Source: Verrucomicrobia subdivision 3 bacterium UBA3939 (GTDB lineage: Bacteria > Verrucomicrobiota > Verrucomicrobiia > Limisphaerales > UBA3939). Taken from it: 64,000 bases of DNA. The notes under the pieces are model-generated. The model did not search any database, was not told the origin of the DNA, and saw only the letters and a list, made by a program, of their open reading frames with translations. Position numbers and translations under genes: made by a program. Position 1 is the first letter of the stretch; each line of letters starts with the position of its first letter. The DNA lies in the NCBI GenBank assembly GCA_002385705.1, contig DGDZ01000017.1:19799-83798 (forward strand), written 5' to 3'. Below, one piece after another: positions 27,703 to 37,953 of this stretch.

Positions 27703-29867
27703 GGCTGAAACGGATGGCTCGCGACGTGAAGCACCGCGAGGCAGACGCGCGCGCGCTCCGGATCGTTCAGGCACAGCGCTCCTTCGCGAATGCGGGGCGA
27801 CGGCTCGCCTTCCATCCTGAGCGGATAACGGTTTCGCAATGCGCAAGCGTAATCCGGGAAGCCCTCGAATCCCTCCGTCCGCACGGTTGAAAGGCCCAGC
27901 AACCGGAACCAGCCATAACTGCCGGGGCACGCGCGGCGCATCAGTTCGAGTGTCAATCGGCCCATCGTGTACCGCGGATTGATTTCAACGATCGGTTTCA
28001 GCCGGGCCGTTCCGTCCAGGTCGCGATAGACGAAGGCGTCAATTCCCAGCGGGCCGACATAACCGGTCCTGTGCAATTCTCCTTCCAGTGCGTTGAAGAG
28101 GTCGGAGTAAAACAGCCGCAGGCGCCGTTTCAGATCCAACACAAGCGGTCGGGCCGTTTCGTCGGGCGCGCTGGTGCGGGAGTCGAGCGCCGCCAGCACC
28201 TGCGTGGGGATGCGCTTTTCATACCCGGGTTCGGTCGTGTTGCCCCGGAAGCGTCCCCTGCGATCGTTGATCAGGCCCGTGTAACCGCACAGTTTCAAAC
28301 CGTCCGCCGTCATCTCCATCTGAATGGAGAAATCCACCAGGCGATCCATCCATGGCTCGACGACGACGCCGTGGCCGCCCTGGAATGCCCGCGAGGTCCA
28401 GGAACGATGCGATTCCAGGGAGTCGTTGGCTGAGAGACGGAGCGCGTTGTTGCCTGCGACACCGAAGGCATGCTTCAGCACGATCTCGCAGTAGCCGCGC
28501 TCGCGAAGGGTTGAAATGGCCAGAGCCGCTTCGTCCGGCGTTCGCGCGGCAATGCCGGCTGTCCCGGGCGAACAGAGCCAGGGTTCAGCGGCATGCGCCT
28601 CGAGTTGCTGGCGAAGAAGGCGCGCACTCCATGCTTTCGAGTAAAGCTCCGCGACGCGCGGATTGAAGCACTGCTCGGCCGTGCGCGCTCTGCCCGTCCA
28701 CTTCGCAAACAGCGGTTGCAACAGTTCCACGCTGTCCGGCCCCCACGCCCACGGTTTCAACTGGCCGATCTTCCGATGCTCCAGCGCTTCCGCGATGCGG
28801 ATAGAGAGCGAACGGCGGTCTGTGGCGAGGCCGACGGGCGCGTTCAGTTCGACAAATTCCGGGAGATCGAACCCCGCCCGCTTGATGCCGCTCAGGAACT
28901 CCACGGACGGACGGCGTTCCACGAGGACGATGTCGTCCTGCCGGGAGAGGAACTGCGGCAGGTTCTCGAGGTCGCGCGCGAGTTCGGCCTGCGAGCGGCG
29001 CGGCGTGAACGCGGGCCCCTGGGCCATCCATCCCTCGGCAAACGGGTTGAAGAGAAAGATGCCCGGGGTGCGGCCACGCGATTGCGAATACACCTCGAGC
29101 TCCGCAATGAACCGCTCATCGAAGCCCGCCGCGCGCCGGCCCTCGACATTCAAAGTGAATCCCTTGGCACGCTGCGGCGACAGGGGAAACTTCAGTTGCC
29201 GGCAGAACGCATCCCAATCGCTTTCGTTTGGGTTTTTCCAGCGGCGGAACCACTTCAATCCGTAGGCGACGTGGCCGATCTCGTCGCGGTAGATGCCGTC
29301 CAGCAAACGGGCGGTGGCGTTGTCTCCCGCTTCTTCAAACGCGCGCCCATAATGACGCGCGAAATCGAGGTTCGCCTGCTCGAATGTCAGGCAAAGCCCG
29401 GCGACGTAGTCGATCGGGTTTTCCATGGGCGCGACGGCGCGCCAGAAGTAACCGCTGACGGGCAGTTCGCCGAAGTGAATGCCGCACTCCCGCATCCGCG
29501 AGAGATAGAGTCGCGTGTGTTCCTGTTCGTCCTGCAAGGTTTGCAGGACACCCATTCGGAAAGCGGCGGGCGCGTTGGGAAATCGCAGGAGCACCAGGGC
29601 CATCAGCTCCGTTGCCAGCAGTTCGTGATTGGCGAAGAAGTGGAGCAGCCGGCCGCGGTCCTCCGGATTGCCGATGCGTTCGATGCCGGGAAACGCGTTG
29701 CGCCCGGTGCCGCCCGGTTTGAAGCGCAGTTCGGCCGGGCGCCCCGGCCCCGACGGAGTCTCGATCGGCGCGCCCGGCTTTTCGTCGGTAATGGGGCCCG
29801 GGGGCTCGAGTTTCTCCTCCAGCGAGGTGGCGAACAACACGCGCTCGGCGAATTCGCGGAGTTCCAT
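27699..29867 (-). CDS. Fusion protein: N-terminal DUF455 ferritin-like (di-iron) domain + C-terminal pre-ATP-grasp/ATP-grasp ligase-like domain
   Basis: N-terminal ~260 aa: HFFANHELLATELMAL, LQDEQEHTRLY (ExxH), LTFEQANLDF, IYRDEIGHVAYG (ExxH). C-terminal ~450 aa: EIVLKHAFGVAGNNALRL, VVVEPWMD, GIDAFVY...KPIVEINPRYTMG. Confidence 0.75.
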   Translation of the reverse strand: MELREFAERVLFATSLEEKLEPPGPITDEKPGAPIETPSGPGRPAELRFKPGGTGRNAFPGIERIGNPEDRGRLLHFFANHELLATELMALVLLRFPNAPAAFRMGVLQTLQDEQEHTRLYLSRMRECGIHFGELPVSGYFWRAVAPMENPIDYVAGLCLTFEQANLDFARHYGRAFEEAGDNATARLLDGIYRDEIGHVAYGLKWFRRWKNPNESDWDAFCRQLKFPLSPQRAKGFTLNVEGRRAAGFDERFIAELEVYSQSRGRTPGIFLFNPFAEGWMAQGPAFTPRRSQAELARDLENLPQFLSRQDDIVLVERRPSVEFLSGIKRAGFDLPEFVELNAPVGLATDRRSLSIRIAEALEHRKIGQLKPWAWGPDSVELLQPLFAKWTGRARTAEQCFNPRVAELYSKAWSARLLRQQLEAHAAEPWLCSPGTAGIAARTPDEAALAISTLRERGYCEIVLKHAFGVAGNNALRLSANDSLESHRSWTSRAFQGGHGVVVEPWMDRLVDFSIQMEMTADGLKLCGYTGLINDRRGRFRGNTTEPGYEKRIPTQVLAALDSRTSAPDETARPLVLDLKRRLRLFYSDLFNALEGELHRTGYVGPLGIDAFVYRDLDGTARLKPIVEINPRYTMGRLTLELMRRACPGSYGWFRLLGLSTVRTEGFEGFPDYACALRNRYPLRMEGEPSPRIREGALCLNDPERARVCLAVLHVASHPFQP

Positions 29868-29877
29868 GGTGTGGACT

Positions 29878-29953
29878 TGGTACCCCCACCCCGAATTGAA
29901 CGGGGATCCGCGGTTTAGGAAACCGCTGCTCTATCCATTTGAGCTATGGGGGC
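29878..29953 (-). tRNA. tRNA-Arg (anticodon CCT), CCA encoded
   Basis: The reverse complement GCCCCCA-TA-GCTC-AAATGGATA-GAGC-A-GCGGT-TTCCTAA-ACCGC-GGAT-CCCCG-TTCAATT-CGGGG-TGGGGGT-A-CCA folds as a cloverleaf. The anticodon loop is UU-CCU-AA. Confidence 0.9.
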
Positions 29954-30092
29954 GCATCGGCCGCCACAACTTACCCGGCGTGTCAATCCTGTAAAACATA
30001 GAATGCGCCCGCGAGCTCAAAAACGTTGAGACGCCGCCAAAAAGCTTTCCGCAGCTCGACGAAGAGCTTCTGAATGCGGGGCGCCCGGCGCG

Positions 30093-30512
30093 TTACGCCA
30101 CCGTGCGACAGGGTCGGGCCGCAACGCCGCGCAGCAACGCCTTCACCCGGGCGACCAGGTCAGAAGGCGAGATCGGTTTCGAAACAAAGTCCGTCGCGCC
30201 GGAGTCGAACCCTGTACAGCGAGGCAGTTCTCCCGGCATGCCCGAAACCATCAGCACAGGAACACGCGCGGTGGATTCGTCGCGTCGGAGCAGCTCGCAA
30301 ACAGCAAACCCGTTCACGTCGGGCAGCATGACGTCCAGAAGGACCAGGTCGGGCTGCAGCGATCGGGTCTTTCTGACCGCCTCCTGGCCGTTCGCGGCCG
30401 TGGCGATGGCGAACCCATGTTCCTTGAACTCCAATCGCAGCAGTTCCAATTGGTCCGGATCGTCGTCCACCAGCAGGATCTTTTTCTTCCTGAAGAAGCT
30501 TGTTTCCTTCAT
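30093..30512 (-). CDS. Stand-alone response regulator receiver (CheY-like) protein
   Basis: MKETSFFRKKKILLVDDDPD...LQPDLVLLDVMLPDVNGF...PVLMVSG...KP. I place the start at ATG 30512. Confidence 0.85.
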   Translation of the reverse strand: MKETSFFRKKKILLVDDDPDQLELLRLEFKEHGFAIATAANGQEAVRKTRSLQPDLVLLDVMLPDVNGFAVCELLRRDESTARVPVLMVSGMPGELPRCTGFDSGATDFVSKPISPSDLVARVKALLRGVAARPCRTVA

Positions 30513-30735
30513 TGCATGCGGTTGTGTTCGTCCTGGACCGCCGGCACTGAGCAAAACGAATGCCGCTCAGGAAGGCGCGGAGGTTCGCTTTTTCGCTTTA
30601 AGTCATTAATCCTGAGGGCTGTGCACAAAGGCGGGTTGCGTGGCCTGCACCGGAAGACATCTGAATATGGTTTCGCGAATTTGAGTCTGATGGATATAGA
30701 AGGCGCAGTAAACCGGCGTATCTTCTATTGCGACA

Positions 30736-32931
30736 ATGAAAACACAAAGTTACCGGAAGTGGGTGTGGGCGGCGGCGATCGCCGCGCTGCCGTTGATGGG
30801 TTGCACCCAAAGGACGGCCTATTCCGCCTCTGCTGAGTTTGCCCTCAGCAACCAACCCGCTCCGCTGACCCCTGCGCCGGTGGAGGTCCCGACCGAACTT
30901 GTGGAACCCGCCATCGATCCGGCTCCCGAGGAGTTGGCCACGAACAATCTCGAAACAGCGTCCGGTCGGGTCGTGTCCACCCCTGAGACAGCCATCCGGT
31001 CCACGCTGTCCTATCCGGCCCGTGAAGTTGTCAAACTCGCGCAGGCCGGCGTCGATGAAGGAGTCATGCTCGCCTTCGTCACCAACTCCACGCTCGTCTT
31101 TGGTCTGACATCGGATGACATCATCTATCTGAACGATCTCGGAGTGCCTGAATCGGTCGTGACGGCGATGTTGCAGCGCGACCAGGTGGCCCGGTCGGAT
31201 TCGGCTGTGGCGAGCGCGCCGCCGGTTTACACGAATCAGGCGGACACCGGTGCCGTCGGTGCAGCGCCCATTCCGTACGCCGCGGAGGACACGAGCGTTT
31301 ATCCGGAGCAAACAGTGACAGCCGGGGCGCAGTACGTGGAGCAACCCGCGGGCAACGTTGCCTACACGTATTTCTACGATGCGCTCGCGCCGTACGGAAC
31401 ATGGATTGAAGTGGATGGCTACGGCCTGTGCTGGCAGCCGACGGTGGTCGTGGTGAATCGCGACTGGCATCCCTACTTCCATCGGGGCCGGTGGCTCTAC
31501 ACGGATTACGGCTGGTATTGGGCATCGGATTACTCCTGGGGTTGGGCGCCCTTCCACTATGGTCGCTGGTTCCGGCATTATCGCTGGGGCTGGTGCTGGG
31601 CGCCGGATACGGTGTGGGGGCCGGCGTGGGTGAGCTGGAGATATACGACCGATTATTGCGGCTGGGCGCCCTTGCCGCCCACAGCGTGCTACCGGCCCGG
31701 ATTCGGGTTCACATGGTATGGCCGCTCGGTCGGGTTCAGTTTCACATTCGGCCTGTCGGCTCATCACTTCGTCTTCATTCCGACGCACCGCTTCACCGAT
31801 CGGCATTTCCATCGGCATCGCCTGCATCATCAGGACGTGGATCGCGTTTTCCACAGGACCCAGGTGGCCAACCGGTTCGATCATGACCGGGACCGCCGGG
31901 TGATCAATCGCGGGGTGCCGGTTGAGCAGATCGCGCGAGCGACACGATCGGAAATCCGCCCGGTCCGCTTGCGTGAAGTGGATCGCCCGACCAATGCGCG
32001 ACTGGAGCAGGGCAGGACGCCCGGCGAGCGAACCCTGGCCGTGTTCCGTCCCAAACTGCCTGAGCCCGACACGGATCGGCCGATCACGCGGGTCGGCGAA
32101 GGCGTGCGCCCGGCTCCGCGGCAGATCGCCGCCCGCAACGACTCCCGGACGCGGACCGAATCGTCGCTGGTGCCGCAAGTGCCGCGGCGGCAGCCGCAGG
32201 AAGCCGCTGCGGTTCGTGAAGCGCGGCGGCCCAACCTCCGCGAGACGGCGCCCGTCCAGCGGCCGTCTGGAGACAACGATCGCACCACAACCGTCCGGTC
32301 CGAGCGCAATGGATCTCTGATCCTGCGCGGGCCGGGACGCTCGCCTGCCGGTGAGAACCCGGCGCCGGAACGGCCTGCAACGCCCAATCAGCAGGATCGT
32401 CCACTGGCGAACGGTCGTGAGGCGACTCCGCCCGCGGCGCAGATCCGGCCGCGGAACAACATCCTCGTTCCGCAGCGGCCGAATCGGGTCGAGCCGGCAC
32501 CGCAAGCACCGGTCGTGACTCCGCCGGCGCAGCAGCCCAACCGGCAGATTGAACGGACTGTGCCTCAACGACCGCAGCAGAATCAGCGCGTGTTTCCGCA
32601 GACACCGCAACCGCGCGCGATCACGCCGCCGACGATCAATCAGGCTCCGAGGCAGCAGCCGCCGGTGCAGGTGCCGCGGCCCGAACCCAGAGTGCAGCAG
32701 CCGCGCCTCAATCCGCCTCAGCAGCGGGTGGCGCCGGCGCCCGCGCCCGCGCCGCGCATCGAAGTGCCACGAGTGGCACCGCGCGTGGAAGCGCCGCGGG
32801 TTGCGCCGCGGATTGAGAGCCGCCCGGCGCCTCGCATCGAGGCGCCGCGTCCGGCACCCGGGGTGGAACGGTCGGCGCCCGCGCGAAGCCAGGGCGGAGG
32901 AATTCAACGCGGCGGCGGCCGCAATCGCTGA
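30736..32931 (+). CDS. Lipoprotein with a Trp/Tyr-rich DUF6600-like core and a long Pro/Arg/Gln-rich repetitive tail
   Basis: Lipobox AALPLMGC. Core: YGTWIEVDGYGLCWQP...WYWASDYSWGWAPFHYGRWF...WCWAPDTVWGPAWVSW. Tail: ...APRIEVPRVAPRVEAPRVAPRIESRPAPRIEAPRPAP. Confidence 0.7.
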   Translation: MKTQSYRKWVWAAAIAALPLMGCTQRTAYSASAEFALSNQPAPLTPAPVEVPTELVEPAIDPAPEELATNNLETASGRVVSTPETAIRSTLSYPAREVVKLAQAGVDEGVMLAFVTNSTLVFGLTSDDIIYLNDLGVPESVVTAMLQRDQVARSDSAVASAPPVYTNQADTGAVGAAPIPYAAEDTSVYPEQTVTAGAQYVEQPAGNVAYTYFYDALAPYGTWIEVDGYGLCWQPTVVVVNRDWHPYFHRGRWLYTDYGWYWASDYSWGWAPFHYGRWFRHYRWGWCWAPDTVWGPAWVSWRYTTDYCGWAPLPPTACYRPGFGFTWYGRSVGFSFTFGLSAHHFVFIPTHRFTDRHFHRHRLHHQDVDRVFHRTQVANRFDHDRDRRVINRGVPVEQIARATRSEIRPVRLREVDRPTNARLEQGRTPGERTLAVFRPKLPEPDTDRPITRVGEGVRPAPRQIAARNDSRTRTESSLVPQVPRRQPQEAAAVREARRPNLRETAPVQRPSGDNDRTTTVRSERNGSLILRGPGRSPAGENPAPERPATPNQQDRPLANGREATPPAAQIRPRNNILVPQRPNRVEPAPQAPVVTPPAQQPNRQIERTVPQRPQQNQRVFPQTPQPRAITPPTINQAPRQQPPVQVPRPEPRVQQPRLNPPQQRVAPAPAPAPRIEVPRVAPRVEAPRVAPRIESRPAPRIEAPRPAPGVERSAPARSQGGGIQRGGGRNR

Positions 32932-33036
32932 AGCGGCCATGCGAATGTTCCGGGGCAGCCTCATTTTGAAATCGTTGTCGCAGCGTGAATTGTTTTCTCC
33001 TTTTTCCTCGCGCCAGCCGCTGGCACTATCCGCGCG

Positions 33037-33645
33037 ATGGGCATCACGCCGCAGCAATTCAAGAGACTCGAAGAGCGCCTCGCCCGCCGCGCGCGCTCTG
33101 TCTCCCCGGTGCCCGAATCCGCCCTCCGACTCCCCGCCGGCGGACACCAGGTCATTCTTGGAATCGACCCTTCCCTGCGAGGAACCGGTTACGGTGTGAT
33201 CCGGTGCGGGCGTCCGCATCCTGTCGCGCTGGCCTACGGAACCATCACGTGCCCTCCCTCCTGGGAGCATTCGCGCTGTCTCTTGCGAATCGTGCAGGTG
33301 TTGCGCGATGTGTTGAAGCAGCACCGGCCCACCGTCTGTGCCGTCGAAGGTATTTTCTTCGCGCAGAACCTCAAGACGGCCATTGTCATGGGCGAGGCGC
33401 GCGGCGCGGCGTTGTGCGCCGTCGCCGAGGCGGGACTCGAGATCTACGAAATTGCGCCCCGCAAGGTGAAGCAGGCCATTGCGGGCTACGGCGCGGCCCA
33501 CAAGCCTGCGGTGGCGAGAATGGTTCAGCATATTCTGCGTTTGGCGCAGCCGCCCGAATTCGACGCCGCCGACGCGCTGGCGCTGGCGCTGGCGCACGCG
33601 CAGGAGAACGGGCGTTATTTTCTCACGGCTCCTCGAAAGGTGTGA
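33037..33645 (+). CDS. ruvC: Crossover junction endodeoxyribonuclease RuvC (with ~38-aa N-terminal extension if the ATG at 33037 is used)
   Basis: ILGIDPSLRGTGYGVI, AVEGIFFAQN, KQAIAGYGAA.K..V, DAADALALALAH. Confidence 0.9.
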   Translation: MGITPQQFKRLEERLARRARSVSPVPESALRLPAGGHQVILGIDPSLRGTGYGVIRCGRPHPVALAYGTITCPPSWEHSRCLLRIVQVLRDVLKQHRPTVCAVEGIFFAQNLKTAIVMGEARGAALCAVAEAGLEIYEIAPRKVKQAIAGYGAAHKPAVARMVQHILRLAQPPEFDAADALALALAHAQENGRYFLTAPRKV

Positions 33646-34247
33646 TCACGTTTCTCAATGGAAAACTGGTTGAGGCGCTTCCCACCCAGGTCACGGTGGA
33701 CGTGAATGGCGTCGGGTACGAGGTGCTCATTCCGCTCTCCTCCTTCGACAAGCTCCCGAAGCCGGGTGCGAACGTGCATCTGTTGACGCAACTGGTCGTC
33801 CGCGAGGACGCGCACACGCTGTACGGCTTCATGACCCCGGCCGAGCGCGACCTGTTCCGCCTGCTGATCAACACGGTCAGCGGCGTCGGCCCCCGAATCG
33901 CGCTGAACGTACTCAGCGGCATCAGCGTGACCGCCTTCCGCGGCGCCGTCGCCAACGGAGATGTCAAGGCGCTCTCGCAGATCTCCGGCGTCGGAAAGAA
34001 GACGGCCGAACGGATCGTGGTCGAGTTGAAGGATAAGATCGGCCCCGCCGGCGCCTGGGAGGCGTCCAGTGAACAGCGCGGGCTCTCGCCCGCCGACCAG
34101 AAGATCAACGACGCGGTCCTGGCTCTGGTGGCCCTCGGTTTCAAACAGATCGAAGCGCATGAAGCCGTGCGGGCCGCGCAGGCCGTTCTTGGCGACGAGG
34201 CCACGGTCGAAGACCTCGTCCGCGCCTGCCTCAAGAAGGGCGCATGA
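33642..34247 (+). CDS. ruvA: Holliday junction branch migration complex subunit RuvA
   Basis: The GTG start overlaps the ruvC stop (GTGA). VITFLNGKLVEALPTQVTVDVNGVGYEVLIP...REDAHTLYGF...ERDLFRLLINTVSGVGPRIALNVLS...GVGKKTAERIVVELKDK. Confidence 0.9.
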   Translation: MITFLNGKLVEALPTQVTVDVNGVGYEVLIPLSSFDKLPKPGANVHLLTQLVVREDAHTLYGFMTPAERDLFRLLINTVSGVGPRIALNVLSGISVTAFRGAVANGDVKALSQISGVGKKTAERIVVELKDKIGPAGAWEASSEQRGLSPADQKINDAVLALVALGFKQIEAHEAVRAAQAVLGDEATVEDLVRACLKKGA

Positions 34248-34969
34248 CGGCTGCGGACACACAGAATTCCGGGACCCGAAATCCGGCGGGACGGAAGCGC
34301 AGATCCGGGGTGGTGATTCCGCATCGTCCGACGTTTGGGCAGAAGCTGGCGGCGTGGATTGTCTTTGCGGCGTTGCGGATGGTTGCCTTGACACTGCGGT
34401 ATCGGTGGAGGGATCCCAACAACCTAGTGGAGAATCCGCTGCCGACGCCGGCGATTTTCGCGATCTGGCACAACCGGCTGGCGCTCTGCATGCACGCGTA
34501 CCGGCTGTATAACCGGCGGCGCAAAGGGGCCGGCATGGCCGCGATGGTCAGCGCCAGCCGGGACGGCGGTTTTCTGTCGGGCGTTCTCGAGTGGTTCAAG
34601 GTGCAGCCGGTTCGCGGTTCGTCCAGCCGGCGCGGTCCGCAGGCGTTGCTGGAGCTCACCACCTGGGCGGAGCGCGGTTACGACCTCGCCATCACACCTG
34701 ATGGCCCGCGCGGTCCCCGTTACGTGGTCCAGGACGGCGTCATGTCGCTGGCGCAGCTCACCGGCCTGCCGATCGTTCCGTTCTCCTACAACCTGCAATG
34801 GAAGATCCGGATGAAGAGCTGGGATGGATTCCTGATTCCGTTGCCGTTTTCGCGTTGCGAGATGGTGGTGGGCCAGCCGTTCCATGTGCCGCGCGAGGCC
34901 GGTGATGCCGAGCGCGAGGCGCTCAGGGTGCGACTGGAAAACACGCTCAAGGAGATGACACGGGACTGA
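34244..34969 (+). CDS. DUF374 domain (lysophospholipid acyltransferase-like) protein
   Basis: ATGA overlap with ruvA. FAIWHNRLAL...MVSASRDGGFLSGVLEWFKVQPVRGSSSRRG...ITPDGPRGPRY...FSRC. Confidence 0.8.
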   Translation: MTAADTQNSGTRNPAGRKRRSGVVIPHRPTFGQKLAAWIVFAALRMVALTLRYRWRDPNNLVENPLPTPAIFAIWHNRLALCMHAYRLYNRRRKGAGMAAMVSASRDGGFLSGVLEWFKVQPVRGSSSRRGPQALLELTTWAERGYDLAITPDGPRGPRYVVQDGVMSLAQLTGLPIVPFSYNLQWKIRMKSWDGFLIPLPFSRCEMVVGQPFHVPREAGDAEREALRVRLENTLKEMTRD

Positions 34970-34972
34970 CCG

Positions 34973-35621
34973 CTACTCGAAGCCGAACCGCGCCCGGAAC
35001 CGGTAAAGGGAGTGGCGGCGCAGCACCGTGTTCACATACGCGCGGGTGCCGGGGAAGCCGATCTGTTCGATAAAGGCGGCGCTGTTGGTCGCCGCCCTTC
35101 CATTGTTCCATTTGATGACGTTGCCGCGTCCGGCATTGTAATCGGCCAGCGCATACGGCAGCGGATCGTCGGTGTGCTGGTAACGCTTGATCAGCAGACT
35201 GAGATAATACGTCCCCGCCAGGGTGTTGGTCGCGGGATCCAGGCAATGACTGTGTTTGAAGGACGTGATCCGTTCGGCGTCGGCCCATTCCTGCGCGGCG
35301 ATCTCCTGGATCTGCATCAGGCCCAGCTCGCCGGCGCGGCCGCGCACGGATGGGTCGAAACCGCTCTCGCGCCACACGATGGCCTTGACGAGCAGCGGGT
35401 CCACGCCGTACCGCCGCGCTGCGGCGCGGATCTCGGCGTCGAACTGCCGTTCGCGCTCGTCCTCCTGCCGCAGATACAGCAACGCGACGACCACAAGGGC
35501 CGCAACGACGGAAACCACGATGCCCGCGCGCTTCACGCGCGGCAATCTAATGAGAGGCGAGAGACCCGCGCAAGCATGCGGCGCTTGACACCCGCAGGTT
35601 GACCTTCGACTCTCGATTCGC

Positions 35622-35623
<2 letters not shown>
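34973..35623 (-). CDS. Lytic transglycosylase (SLT domain) protein, membrane anchored
   Basis: KAIVWRESGFDPSVRGRAGELGLMQI and ADYNAGRGNV. The start is uncertain: ATG 35623, GTG 35638 or GTG 35536. Confidence 0.8.
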
Positions 35624-37877
<2,254 letters not shown>

Positions 37878-37953
37878 GTCGCCGGCGCGCGGGCGAGATC
37901 TTGCTTTGACCCCCTTCTGTCGCTGTGCTATTCCGGGCCCGTTCTTTAAGCCT

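Noticed and set aside
26530-27930. The long (466 aa) version of chrA from the ORF track.
   Set aside because: The first 76 residues are Arg/Pro-rich with no CHR similarity and overlap the end of the upstream gene. The GTG at 27702 gives the expected ~390-aa protein and a GTGA coupling.
30598-33597. The longest ORF in the window (999 aa, minus strand).
   Set aside because: It is extremely Arg-rich with low-complexity composition. It is fully antisense to a lipoprotein gene with a lipobox and conserved core and to a clearly recognisable ruvC. It is a typical stop-free shadow frame in high-GC DNA.
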